DNA of 63,991 bases, filler included, from Octopus bimaculoides (GCF_001194135.2; 4 parts of 4 records of this genome joined end to end with filler, not necessarily neighbours in it), one strand, 5' to 3'. Positions 26,205-39,425 are shown, numbered from the whole stretch's first letter. Numbers and translations: made by a program. Notes: generated from the letters alone by a model not told the origin.

Positions 26205-26900
26205 TTTAGAAAAGACGATTGGGTTCTTATACGAAATTTTGGAGCTGGTGAACACTAGGTGGAAAACACTAAAACCCGACGATTGGGGGCCATAAATATT
26301 GAAGCGAGAGTGTGTGAAAACGTGTTACAACAACATGTGGATGAACGTCTGAAATTCCCAACTCGGTTAGCCGAAATAGTAGTACCTCGTGTCCCTACTG
26401 TCACCGCCGGTGAAATTCCTGTTACTTCTGAAGTTTCTGAGTTACCTGAATTGCCAGGTAAAGTTTCCGAACCTTATCTGAAATGCCGGGTAAAGTTCCT
26501 GAATTGTCTGAGGCGTCAATTACTGCCGATTCTCTGTTGTGTGACATTGTTGACTCTCCCAATACATCTAAAGCACCGTCTGATCCTGAAGTTCGTAAGT
26601 TAATCCGGAAACGTCAACCGCCCTCCAAGTTAAAGAACTACGTGCGTGAAAAACAATAATTAAGGGCTGGAGATATGCCAAGAACATGGAAGCAGGGGAG
26701 ATAACTTCTGTGTACTGGTCCGACGTTATGTAGTAGTTCTCCAACAGAGAAAAAGTGCTGGAAACTGACTAGGAGCTATCTCGAAGCAGGACTAAGGAGA
26801 ACGAAGGATTATGTTGGAACATTTAAGGCCATTGAAGAATACAATTTGAACCCTTCTATGACGACATGATAACCACCGTCTAATCAGGCGGTGAACTTCT
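26205..26900 (+). mobile_element. Gypsy pol 3' tail, purine tract and probable LTR remnant
   Basis: FRKDDWVLIRNFGAGE...QQHVDERL...RKRQPPSKLKNYV*, followed by agcaggggaga. Confidence 0.65.
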
Positions 26901-27129
26901 GACAACTTTTCCATCTCCAACGCGTGATATATTGAAGGGATATATTTTAAAGCCTATTCATTTTGGATTGTTCTCAGCTATGAGTGAGGCTGCATTTGTA
27001 ATCTGGAAGATGGTGGGGATATCCAGTTCTGATTTTGCTGTAGTTTCTTTAACCCTGAGAAATTTGTCTCAAAATCTAGAAACAGCAAAGTGACAGTAAA
27101 TCTACTATTTTCTGATGGTTGTCAATATA

Positions 27130-27946
27130 CAGGATGTTCGGGTTGAATTTAACAATTTTTTTTATGTCTTCTTTTTTTTTCAGGAACAACTTGATGTATT
27201 GGTAAACAACCGACAGCGTTGAAGAGCGTAAAGATTAGAGTTGTATTAATAGATGAGAAAACATTAGCTGACATGGAAGACTGGAAGTCATTTGAATTTT
27301 GGAAAAGAGTTACCTAATGATTCGCACTGAGTACCAAAGTCCCGACATCATGACTGCTGCTCAATGCTCTGTGAACGCTGTAAAGGCTGCAAAACGTGAC
27401 ATGGACATTATAGAAACCAAGTTCCCCCAAACTGTGATGGTCTTTAGGTGTGTCTCCAGCGAGGGTGACGTCATGCTGCTCCACACCTTTGAGCAGGGTC
27501 GTAGGCTTAATTCAGACGGCTATGTGAAGCTGCTAGAGAGGGTTGTTGCTGGAAAGAGTCAGAAGTGGTTGTATGCGAATTTCTATAACTTCACCAGCCC
27601 CAATTACTGGTCTCCTAATTTCTCCGATTGTAATCCGATGGATTAGTATGTGTGAAGCACAGTTGACAAAGATACCAACCGTTCTTCCTACAACACCAAG
27701 GCCGAGGTGGTGGCCATGATGAAAGAAGTATTCGAAGATCTTCCCAGGAACACTGATGAACGCATGCACCAGTTTCCGGAGCCGTCTTGAGGCAGTGGTG
27801 GAAGCTGAGGGCGGCTATTTTGAGTAACCTGTTATCTCCTAGCCTTAATCCAGTTGATTTTTTCCATTTTGTAAAATACTTTGGATGGGATATATTGTTT
27901 TGTTTTTCTTTTTATGCTAACTGTGGAATTAATCCCGAACACCTTG
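27130..27946 (+). mobile_element. maT/DD37D Tc1-mariner deletion derivative
   Basis: TA + TIR caggatgttcgggttgaatt and aattaatcccgaacaccttg. TVMVFRCVSSEGDVM...WSPNFSDCNPMD...SRLEAVVEAEGGYFE. Confidence 0.85.
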
Positions 27947-28129
27947 TGGGACAGAGATGGCAAACGATTAGTACATCGTTTCTAGCTCCGTCTGTGCAAA
28001 TAAAACCTTTCACCTGGTCGTTAGCATTCTTGGTACATCGGCACCAATGCTGCACTAATTCACCGTTAGTGCTCGTTGGTGGCAAATTACCAAGAACAAT
28101 ACGTTCTTTCGTGATAATTTGAGTCTGTC

Positions 28130-28470
28130 ATAAACAGTAACACCACTGGTGTCCAAAAAGTAGCTGTGTTCACGAATTTGTTATGCGGGTGCGAAAACTT
28201 GGACATTGTACAAGTCCATCACAGCTTCCGAATCACAACTTTCGAATATGCTGTGTATCATCTGGACGAATAGCATCTTAGCTCAGTGCAAATGAATGAA
28301 GTCGAAAACTTGTTGAGGATTGGACAGAAATATCAGATGCCACACTCTGATGGCTGAGCTTTTGATCTATTTCAAGGACATATTCCGGCGATAATCTGAA
28401 GCACATGCGAACTAACATCATGTTTTGAAATTCACTCCTACTAAACCACAACATCTGGAGACGTTTTATG
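28130..28470 (+). mobile_element. RTE-like LINE remnant
   Basis: AVFTNLLCGCE(N/T)WTLYK resembles the RTE motif LLYGCETWTL. Confidence 0.55.
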
Positions 28471-29414
28471 TTTGACTCGAATCACCGAGTTTAAGAAAAA
28501 AAAATGACGCTAGAGTATTATTAATGATAAGCCATCATGTCAGTGGGATCAACTCGTGTATGTGCCCTCGTAATATGTAGGGTTGGGCTAGAATCATACG
28601 TATACATCGCAATTGGTCGTAACCGTAGACGTTTTATTAGTTTCAACAGTATTATTTCTCGCTTACAACTGTACAGAAACATCCTACGCTTCTCCTGCAC
28701 ACCGAAAGAAAATCGTTAAGTCGACACAGACTCAAAAACTATCGTATACAGTAAAACACACGCATGTGCGCGCACACACACACACTCACACACACACCAC
28801 ACACACACTCACACACACACACCACACACACACACACCACACACACACACACACGCACACACACACACACAGAGTGATGTTGCATAATTTTGGGCTTCAA
28901 TGTCTTCCGCCTCTAAGCTCGAAAGATATTCGCATCACATTGAATCACTTGACACAAATACGCATCACAAAGCATAATAAAATTCCAGTCTCCACCCGCA
29001 TAAAAAAAAATCTTCCGTACAATGACTCGGGAATCAGCAACCGTCGGATGAATGGGTGGGTGGTTAAATATGGCGCACCTCCATCAACTTACATAAGCGT
29101 AAGCCAGTCCTGTGTTTAATCATTAATCGGTCACAAACACCTGTACAAAACGATTACTTCCTGCCTAAAATATCACATACCATTCACTCCACTGTTACAA
29201 CAGCTGTGACATCATCTGACATGTGACATGTGACTATCTAACAATGGCATCTCCACCTAGAGCAGGAGTAGGGAAACCCCCCTGCCCGCGAGCCCATTTT
29301 ATTGCGCCCTGCAGGCTGGTATACTCGTGTGTACAAAATATAGTAAATTTTTCAATTATAAAATTTATATAACATTCGTATGCCTATTTGCATACACACA
29401 CACACACACACACG

Positions 29415-30271
29415 TAGGGGGTGCGAGGGGTAAATTGTCGCCATTTTATATTTTTTATTTCGCATATGTGCATTAATTGCTTTTGATTTTGTGGACTATG
29501 CAGTACAGTATGATCTGTGAGAAAAACAGCACCATGACGCAATTCACTCGGCCAGAGATTTGGAAACGACATGCTGTACTGCTTGGCACTCGCGCCGGAA
29601 CATTTGAGAGTGTTTGGGTGTCAACTGGGACAGTGCAATCTGAGGACATGTACCGAGAGTGATGAAAATCAAACATCCAGTCAACATCACGGTGCTTGGA
29701 GTAATCACTCCCAGACTTAAGTTTGAAGTAATCACAAGTGACGGCGACGTTATGCCTCCATTCATCTTCCCACACGGCCTCAGACTCAACGCGAAGGCCT
29801 ACATCAAGTGCTTGGGGAAGGTAGTGCTGCCCTGGGTGAAGACCCGGTGTCCGGAAACAGGACTTTGCATCATGCTACACAAGCAGGAGAATCCAGTTGT
29901 GGCTGTCAGGCAATTTCTGGGACCATGTCACCCCTAACATCTGGTCACCTAACTCCCCAGACTGCAGCCACCTTAATTATTATAATCAAGGGAGACCAAC
30001 AAAACACCTTTGTAACACCAAAGATGAACTGAAGGCAAAAATTATGGCAGCATTCACCAACTTAAACAAAGAGACCGTACAGAAGAGTTGCAGAAGATTC
30101 CAAAGTCGTCTGGAGGCTGTGGTTGAAGCCAAAGGTGATTTTATTGAATAAATTTACTTTTTAGTATTTCAAGATATTGTTATGTAATTTTGGTAAATAT
30201 ATCTGTTAAAATGAGATGTCAGTGTTGTCTTCATTTTCGCGTAATTTAGACAATATATTCACTGCACTCTG
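29415..30271 (+). mobile_element. maT/DD37D Tc1-mariner deletion derivative
   Basis: ITSDGDVMPPFIFPHGLRLN. QD followed by 37 residues then N (D in the 27-kb copy), counted directly. RLEAVVEAKGDFIE*; weak TIRs. Confidence 0.85.
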
Positions 30272-31208
30272 TGGACAGCCACGGCTGAGATGTCTGGACA
30301 ACCAGGTGACCTAGGGTTCAATATCATCATCATCATCATCATTCGACATCTAATAAATTTATGTCTTCAGCTGCAACACAAATAATCGCTACCCACACAA
30401 TCACCAAGTGCACTGTTTCATAATACAAACCAACTGTTGTACGACACTATAACAATGACTGTACACACACAACACTTCACATTGTCCTCTTCTCCCCCCC
30501 CCCCCCCAACTTCTTTTCTCTTCTTTTCCTCTCTCGTTATTCTTTTCAACCTTTCACTTTCCATTCCTCTCTTCAAAGTCATAGCTGTTGGTTTATCTTT
30601 CTCTCCTTTCTTTTGTCTTCATAAATTTCTCCTATTATCACTTTTCCAGAGACCTCCCCACCCTACACGACCGCTCTATCCCCTCGAACTACTCGGTGAG
30701 AATGATGGTGATGATGATGACTGATAAATAAGTGTCGTTGGCATATGAAAGGACACTATGAATGAATGAAAAAAAAAACTGGATGGACAGAGCTGAAATA
30801 CCTTTTTGCTCATAGGTCTGCTCGATAAGAACCAACTTGGGCCCACACAAGTATCGTCCCTCTTTCTATTTTCAAGTATATCTAAAAAAAAAATCTTTTA
30901 CCTTGTGTAGGCCTCTGTTTTCCTCAATCACTCTTTCACCAGTATTGTCTTTTATACCTCTTGCCTAACTTTTAAAAATTTCTCCTCTTCCTACTCCTCT
31001 ATCGTCTCTTTTTCCCTCCGTGTCTAACTATCTATCTATCTCCTCTTCCTCTGTAACTTTGTCATCAGCGCACCTCATTCAATATTTCTGTCAAACTTGT
31101 TTGTCTTTCTCCCCTTCCTTCCTCCCTCCCTCAGTCTCACTTTGTTGCTTTCTCCACTCTTTCCCTCCACTATTTAACTTTCTGTTGGTTTTTTTCCCTC
31201 CTACCACC

Positions 31209-31403
31209 ATGTCAGCTCCCACTCCCACCACGATTACTACAACTACTACTACTTCCACCACTGTTTTGAACTTTTTCTGCCATTAACAAAAACAAACTAT
31301 ACACTGCTCGTAATGGTATCGAAACCGTCTCTATATACTCACGGAACCTGTTGTCCAGACTCCGTTCCACCGACACCAATCCACCAATTATCATCATCAC
31401 CGG
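31209..31403 (+). CDS. Candidate first coding exon of an unidentified host gene
   Basis: Pyrimidine-rich leader, ccaccATG at 31209, second ATG at 31313 open to donor G|GTAAGC at 31404. A CpG-depleted block follows. No protein family recognised. Confidence 0.3.
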
Positions 31404-31779
31404 GTAAGCTGTAAAAGTTTTTTTTTTATCTTTGAACTTTTACTCCATATTACGAAGCCTGGTACATCAAACCTACAGCCATGTCTACCGAATGATTAGA
31501 CCAGACGACACATGAAAACCACAATATAATATCGTTATGTCCTCTAAACTGGCCTTCTCACCCATACACAACTTTCTTACACACTAGTTCCACGAGGTTC
31601 AGTCAAAATTTATGTGGTTTATCTGTTTTTCTCATGGGTTTCATTCTGTAGAAAATATTTCTTACTTTTCCCTTCCGTAACTTTTGTACCACCGACAGCG
31701 TGCAGTTCAAATGCTTCCGTCCAAAGAACAACAGGATCGCTCGAAAGTCCGAGGTGATAATTTCTTAGTATATACACAC

Positions 31780-31866
<87 letters not shown>

Positions 31867-32070
31867 GAGACAGATGTGTGTACATATATACACACATGTA
31901 TGTACACACATATATAATGTGTGTATATACATATGTATGTGTGTGTGTATATATACATATATATATATATACACACATATATATACATTTATATGTATGT
32001 ATATATATATACATATACATATATACATGTTTATATACATACATATATATAAATATACATATACACACAC

Positions 32071-32133
<63 letters not shown>

Positions 32134-32188
32134 GGATCTTTCTTAAGAAAACAAGTGGTTCCCGTCAATTCAGAAATATCCAATATCC

Positions 32189-32222
<34 letters not shown>

Positions 32223-32240
32223 CATATATATACATACATG
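31780..32240. repeat. Compound (CT)/(TA)/(CA) microsatellite field
   Basis: Visible low-complexity arrays. Confidence 0.95.
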
Positions 32241-32284
32241 TTTATGTATATATATCCACGTGCACATCTATCTATCTGTCTGTT

Positions 32285-32542
32285 TATCACTCATTGCGGT
32301 CATGCTAAAGTACCGCCTTGAAGGGTTCAGTCAAACAAATCGACTCTAATGCTTATTTTAAAGTAAAGTACTTATTATGTCCGCCTGTTTTTCCATACCT
32401 CTCGATTACGGGGATATAAACAAACCAACGCCGGTTCTCAAACAACGATCAGGGACAAATACACACATACGGGCTTCCACACATTTTCTGGCCTCCCAAA
32501 TTCACTCACAAAATGTTGGTTGGCCAAGGCTATTGAAGAAGA
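32285..32542 (-). mobile_element. SINE B running into a gap
   Basis: ctcattgcggtcatgctaaagtaccgcc...ttggccaaggctattgaagaag. Confidence 0.75.
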
Positions 32543-33040
32543 NNNNNNNNNNNNNNNNNNNNNNNNNNNNNNNNNNNNNNNNNNNNNNNNNNNNNNNNNN
32601 NNNNNNNNNNNNNNNNNNNNNNNNNNNNNNNNNNNNNNNNNNNNNNNNNNNNNNNNNNNNNNNNNNNNNNNNNNNNNNNNNNNNNNNNNNNNNNNNNNNN
32701 NNNNNNNNNNNNNNNNNNNNNNNNNNNNNNNNNNNNNNNNNNNNNNNNNNNNNNNNNNNNNNNNNNNNNNNNNNNNNNNNNNNNNNNNNNNNNNNNNNNN
32801 NNNNNNNNNNNNNNNNNNNNNNNNNNNNNNNNNNNNNNNNNNNNNNNNNNNNNNNNNNNNNNNNNNNNNNNNNNNNNNNNNNNNNNNNNNNNNNNNNNNN
32901 NNNNNNNNNNNNNNNNNNNNNNNNNNNNNNNNNNNNNNNNNNNNNNNNNNNNNNNNNNNNNNNNNNNNNNNNNNNNNNNNNNNNNNNNNNNNNNNNNNNN
33001 NNNNNNNNNNNNNNNNNNNNNNNNNNNNNNNNNNNNNNNN

Positions 33041-33097
<57 letters not shown>

Positions 33098-33189
33098 TAT
33101 AAACAGCAATTTGCAATGTTTCACCAATTCACATTTAGGGACAATTATATATATATATATATCATCATCATCATCATCGTTTAACGTCT

Positions 33190-33542
33190 GGTAGTGAGGC
33201 TCTCACGCCAGTGGCATGTGAAAAGAACCCTTTGAGTGTTGAGCCTCATGCAGGTGATAAGTGACCGAGACCTTTGGCATTATGCCATGCTTGAGAAAAC
33301 TCATCAAACCAAGTGAAATCATAGTTGTGGCCAATGTTGGTGTCACATAATTGGCATCCATGCCAGTGGCACATAAAAGGCACCCATTACACTTTTGGAG
33401 TGGTTGGCATCAGGAAGAGCATCCAGCCATAGAAACCATGCAAAATCAGATTGGAACCTGGTGCAACTCTTCAGCTTACCAGCTTCAGTGAAGTCATCTA
33501 ACCCATGCCAGCATGGACAGCAGATGCTAAATGATGATGATG
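33190..33542 (+). mobile_element. Retroposon family C ((GAT)n tail, RTE-type 3' end)
   Basis: ggagtggttggcatcaggaagagcatccagcc...cccatgccagcatgg...aaatgatgatgatg. Confidence 0.8.
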
Positions 33543-33567
33543 TACATGTGTATATATATATATATAT

Positions 33568-33624
<57 letters not shown>

Positions 33625-34474
33625 CTTATATGTATACATATATGCATATATATGTATACATATACCCATGCATATATACACATGCATATACGTATACACA
33701 CACATATAACCAAATATACATACATATACTTGCAAGTGTATACTTACTTGTTACTGGCCTTTACCTGATTTTCAAATACCTTTCTCTCTAAACAAGATGC
33801 CTATGTATGAAGGATAGCATCAGAGCTGCTTTGCATCTAATACACAATGCCATCATTCTCTCTCTCTCTTCTTTAGGCCATTCAATATTGACATCCATTA
33901 ATTTTACTGTTGCTCATGTTTGTGTACATGCATCTGTTGATCTCTTTCAGCAGACATGCAGCTGCCATCACTGGCTCTCTTCTCCAACTCCCTCTAGCAC
34001 TGTTATTCTTCTATTCCCTCTACTACCTTCTCACTCAATCACTGTTTTTTTACTGTCATATTCTTGCTCCCTTCATCAACCTACCCTGGTTATTGCTCTG
34101 TCATACATTCATTTTCTTGGTCTCTCCATTTTGAACAAAGAGAAATACCATGGAATAGTAAGGATTCCCTAACCTTGTGCTGATGTCATGATAAAATGCA
34201 AGTAGTACACTCTCTAAAAGAGTTGGTAAACAAGTGGAGGACAACTTGTGGTTGAAAGAAGCCCTTTTGTCTAGTGGAGGACACAAAAGCATTTCTAATA
34301 TTGGTACTCTGATAAAATGCACCAAGTACAGCCTATAATGTGGTTAGGGCTAGGATGAACACAAAGTCATAGAAACCATGTAAAAAGTGAAAATCAATTT
34401 GAACAATTATACCTTCTTAACTACAATTTCATAGCCATGTAGGAGTTTTAGAAACAAAAACACAGCATAAATAT

Positions 34475-34848
34475 TTAACCCTTTAGCTTTCAGATTACTC
34501 AATCAAACATGATGCTTGCTTATTCACATTGTTTAAATTACTCATGCATTGTCTCATAACCTCAAGATTTCAATCATGTGATTGTTTATCTTTAGAATGT
34601 AATTGTTTATTTTTAGAATTGTTTTGTTTATTTTTAGAATGTGATTGTTTATTTTTAGAATTTTTTTGTTTATTTTTAGAATGTGATTGTTTATTTTTAG
34701 AATTTTTTTTTTTAATTTTTAGAATTTTTTTGTTTATTTTTAGAATAAGGTAGGTGTGAGAGGCCAGATCTGGTTGGTTTGAACATAAAACAGGTAGAAT
34801 ATTTGAGCAGGATATGGCCCAAAATTAGTTTGAATGTTAAAGGGTTAA
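34475..34848. mobile_element. piggyBac-like MITE with internal minisatellite
   Basis: TTAA|CCCTTTAGC...TGTTAAAGGG|TTAA. The ttgtttatttttagaat unit is repeated across 34580-34745. Confidence 0.75.
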
Positions 34849-35249
34849 ATGACAGTATTCTATGTCTGTAAACTAGTTGACCACGTGCCGCCAATAATGA
34901 TGGCTAATTATAGTATTTTATATATAAATAAAGTACATAATAATCACACATACAAACATTCACATACTTCCCTTGGACACACACACACACACACATATAC
35001 TCACACAGAGTTGAAACGCTAATTTTTTATATACAAGGAATTTCTAATAGGAAATTCCTTGCATATCTATCTAGCATGTAAGACCTTGTAACTCCTATTA
35101 ACAAATGAAACATGTGTAATGGAGAATAAATATTACCAAAAAATGTCCGCTTTCCTGATTTGTTATGCAATAACACTGCAAATAATATTTCCATAATTCT
35201 CCATTTTAATGTTTTGACTAACGTACAGCGGCAAAGATAGATACATATT

Positions 35250-35362
35250 CATCATCATCATTTAACGTCCGCTTTCCATGCTAGCATGAGTTAGATGATT
35301 TGACTGAGGACTGGCAAACCAGATGGCTACACCAGGCTCCAATCTGATCTGGCAGAGTTGAT
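35250..35362 (-). mobile_element. Family C 3' fragment
   Basis: catcatcatcatttaacgtccgctttccatgctagcatg. Confidence 0.85.
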
Positions 35363-35429
35363 TGTAATAATGGAATAAGCAGATGTATTTCAAGAGGAAA
35401 CAGCTGGGATTTACCCTAACCACCTTTAT

Positions 35430-35612
35430 GTGTATGTGTGTGTGTGTGTGTGTGTCCCTGTCCACTACTACCACTTGTCAACTGATATTCATGTGTTTAT
35501 GTTCCTGTAACTTAGTGGTTTGGCAAAAGAAACCAATAGAATAAGTATCAGGCTTAAAAACATTAACAACTGGGATCTGTTCATTTGACTGAAATTCTTC
35601 AAGGCGGTGCTA
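35430..35612 (+). mobile_element. SINE B 3' half
   Basis: gtaacttagtggtttggcaaaagaaaccaatagaataagt...aaggcggtgc. Confidence 0.75.
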
Positions 35613-35864
35613 TATAAAAGATTAAAAATTACATGCCCATACTAATGCAGTGTTGTTTATTTTACATGTGTAAGCCAATAGCTATAAATTTAAGAGTTCA
35701 TATTGTTAAAATATGCACTTAACCTCTTCATAATACCTCTCTATCCAATGTTTATCATCCTTATCCTAATGTAAAAAATACATTTAAATGCTTTTCTCTT
35801 ATGTATTTGAGATACTGTGGGAAGAGTTATATTGGCTGAAGCTAAATTTTAAAGAAATCTTTTA

Positions 35865-36065
35865 TCCTTTACTCTTTTCAGTCATTGGACTGTGGCCATG
35901 CTGGGGCACCACCTTGAAAAGTTTAGCCGAACAAGTCAACCCCAGTACTTAATTGTTTTTTACTTTTTTAAGTTTGGTACTTATTCTGTTGGTCCCTTTT
36001 GCTAGACTACTAACTTAGAAACCAACACCTGTTGTCAAGTGCTGATGGGGGACAGACACACATAG

Positions 36066-36152
<87 letters not shown>

Positions 36153-36322
36153 TGCATACAATATGCTTCTTTCAGTTTCTATCTCCCAAATCCACTTTCA
36201 GTGCTTTGGTCAACTCAGAGCTATAGTAGAAGACAGTTGCTGAAGTTGCTGCAGAGTGGAACTGAACCCAGAACCATGTGGTTGGGAAGCAAGCTTCTTA
36301 CCACACAGCCACGTTTGTGTCT
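35865..36322 (-). mobile_element. SINE B, full length
   Basis: Collinear with the 7322 copy, with CpGs decayed. Confidence 0.85.
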
Positions 36323-36869
36323 ATGATAAAATTCTCAAATTTTCTGAGCCATATCATTTGCTGTTACTATTTTTGTGTATTTGGTTGGCTTCAAGAGTCA
36401 AACTTATCAAAATAGGGCAGGGATTCTTTTCCCTTCCTGGTCTTATTGCTTTTGAAGAAAAATGCTTTTAATTCCCTTTTTTTCCTCTTTTTTTTTACAT
36501 CACAACATCATGAATGTAACTCTTTTACTTGTTTCAGTCATTTGACTGTGGCCATGCTGGAGCACCGCCTTTAGTCGAGCAAGCTACTTATCACGCTGAT
36601 ATTTCGCATTTAAATTTCATATTTTAAAAGATTGGAGAATGAGAAAATGTCCTAATTCATTTCTTTTCCAAAGAGTATTGAATGAATTTTACAACAGATA
36701 TGGTGAAGATCAACCTCAAAATGTTGAACTCAACAAATGAGATGACAAAGGATTATAATAACTAGTAACACGTGGTAGTGGAGAAGATCTGCTTATTCAT
36801 ACAAGCATGGCAGAATGGTCAGTAAAATGGTGATTGGGATTTATAACATACTTACATTTAGGTCTCTCA

Positions 36870-37322
36870 TCCAGTACCAAATTTGATGACTGGCACCCGT
36901 GCCAGTTGAGTGCTAACAGCACCATCCGAGTTGGATCACTGCCAGAGCAGCAGTGTCGCTTCCGTGCTGATGGCATGTAAAAAGCACCATTTGAGCGCGA
37001 TTGTTTCCAGCTTCGCCTTACTGGCACTTGTGCCGGTGGCATGTGAACAAAACATTGGACTGACTCCTGTGCAGGTGGCATATAAAAAACACCATTTGAG
37101 CATGGCCATTGCCAGTACTGCTGGACTAGCCCTCGTACTGGTGGCACGTAAAAAGCACCCACTACACTCTCGGAGTGGTTGGCATTAGGAAGGGCATCCA
37201 GCTGTAGAAACTCTGCCAGATCAGATTGGAGTCTGGTGTAGCCATCTGGTTCGCCAGTCCCCCAGTCAAATTGTCCAACCCATGCTAGCATGGAAAGCGG
37301 ACGTTAAATGATGACGATGACG
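36870..37322 (+). mobile_element. Family C, long copy with internal repeats
   Basis: Repeated ggca(t/c)(g/a)taaaaa...cacc units; ends gcggacgttaaatgatgacgatga. Confidence 0.85.
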
Positions 37323-37714
37323 AGTGTACCTACAGCTCCCTTCTTTACTCTCTTATTTGTCACTCATCTTCTCTCCTAATCGCTGTACTATGCTGTGTAA
37401 TGAATGATGGCACTAAATCTACACATATTCAATTTTACCTTCCTCTGGCACTAAATCTACACATATTCAATTTCACTCTTCCTCTCTTCTGTTAGGTCAT
37501 CGATCTTCTCTACTTCCATTACTACTTCTTCCATTACCCTGTCTCCCCTTCTGAATGTAGCTGCCCATTACTGTCTCTCTTCCATTATTCTGTTTCAACC
37601 ATCACACTCATTCCCTTTCTTCTATTCACCTTCTCATTTACTTTTGCCTTGAACAGAGATAGCGTTGAGTAGACAGGACTCTTTTTGTCTTTTTAAGGAA
37701 AAAAAACAAGCTCT

Positions 37715-37955
37715 CTTGTGCAGGTGTCTTGATAAAATCACCCCCAGCACACTGTAAAATAGTGGGAGTTAAGAAAAGCAATCTGGCTGTAGTAATTATG
37801 CCCAAAGGAAATGTAGGAACAAAACATCACTCCTTCCCCTTCTCCTGCTACCTTGACAGGGAGAGTAGTAACTCCAAAGATTAAGAGCTAATTTGGCCCA
37901 TGATGACCCACCTAACCCATGCCAGCATGGGAAACAGGCTGATAGTGATGATGAT
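37715..37955 (+). mobile_element. Family C, older copy
   Basis: gggagttaagaaaagcaatctggctgtag...cccatgccagcatggg...gatgatgat. Confidence 0.65.
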
Positions 37956-38574
37956 AATATGATGACTGCTACAATGACAAGAACAACTATCAGCATCATC
38001 ATGATCATCATCCTAGTTTTGCTCTCTGAAATAAGCACGTATTCTGTAACCTTTTAAGATAAGGTCATTGATAAAAAAAAAAAAAAAGAAAGAACTTAAA
38101 AGGCTTGAAAACTGATGAGTTGCCATCTGGTATCAAATGCTGGTAATGGTTTTCCACTTATTCAAGTGAAGGAGTATGAATATCATTACCATCACCACCA
38201 TTATCATCATCTTCATGTACATCGAGATATGTAATACTTTTTTAAAAATATTTTATTTGGAGAGGACTAGGCTTGGTTACTTTAAGTTGGTTCATGTCTG
38301 TATTGTAGTAGGTTTTTAAAAAACAAAATTTGTATCAGTTGACAGAGGTCAAAGTTCAATTGACCAGCCCTGTTCATAAGTTTATGCTAAATTTTTGAAG
38401 GCTAAAAAAGAGAACGTTTATTACTAACACCTCTCATTACTTACTTTTATGTTTATTTTATTGCAGTTACTAGTACATTAGTAGTAGCAGCAACAGTACC
38501 AGTTTGTAGTGATAGTCATAATAGTGCAGATAGATAGATATTGATTCTTTTTTCTACTAAGTCCTATCTATAGG

Positions 38575-39030
38575 GAACTTGGTATGACTCCTTCAATTGT
38601 TGAAAGTATTACTCTTCAGTTTGTGCAGTACCTTGGGCAAGTGTCTTCTACTATAGTCTTGGGCCAACCAATGCCTTGTGAGTAATTTTCGTAACTAGAA
38701 ACTGTGTGGAAGCGGCGAGCTGGCAGAATCGTTAGCACGCCAGGCAAAATGCTTAACGGTACTTCGTCTGTGTTTATGTTCTGAGTTCAAATTCCGCCGA
38801 GGTCGACTTTGCCTTTCATCCTTTCAGGGTTGATAAATTAAGTACCAGTTATACACTGGGATCGATGTAATCGACTTAATCCCTTTGTTTGTCCCCTCTA
38901 TGTTTAGCCCCTTGTGGGTAATAAAGAAATAAGAAACGGTGTAGAAGCTAATCATATACATATATGTGTGTGTATGTATTTAGGTTTGTGCCCCCACCCA
39001 CTAGCTTGACAAATAGTGGGGTTTTTTTTC
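38575..39030 (+). mobile_element. SINE B with SINE A (38713-38931) nested
   Basis: Imperfect TSD agaaactgtgtggaag and agaaacggtgtagaag. Confidence 0.85.
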
Positions 39031-39039
39031 TTTTTTCTA

Positions 39040-39425
39040 TTTACCTGTTTCAGTCATTAGACTGTGGCCATGCTGGGACATCACCTTCAAGAATTTTTAG
39101 TCGAATGTATTGACCCCAGTATTTTTTTAGAGCCTGATACTTATTCTTTCAGTCTCTTTTGCCAAACTGCTAAGCTATGGGGATGTAAGCCCTGGTTGTC
39201 AAGCAGTGGAGGTGGTGGGGCAAACAGATCCAGACACACATGTGTAGACATATATATATGACAGGCTTCTTTCAGTTTCCATTTACCAAATCCATTCACA
39301 AGGCTTTGGTTGGCCCAAAGCAGTAGTAGAAGGCACTTGCCCAAGATGCCACACAGCGGAACTGAGCCCAGGACCAAGTGGCTGGGAAGCAAGCATCTTA
39401 CCACACATCCATGTCTGCGCCTATA
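39040..39425 (-). mobile_element. SINE B, full length
   Basis: gtttcagtcattagactgtggccatgc...gggaagcaagcatcttaccacac. Confidence 0.85.

Noticed and set aside
34580-34745. Repeat array as a possible CRISPR
   Set aside because: No unique spacers, eukaryotic context, no cas genes; it is a minisatellite within a MITE.
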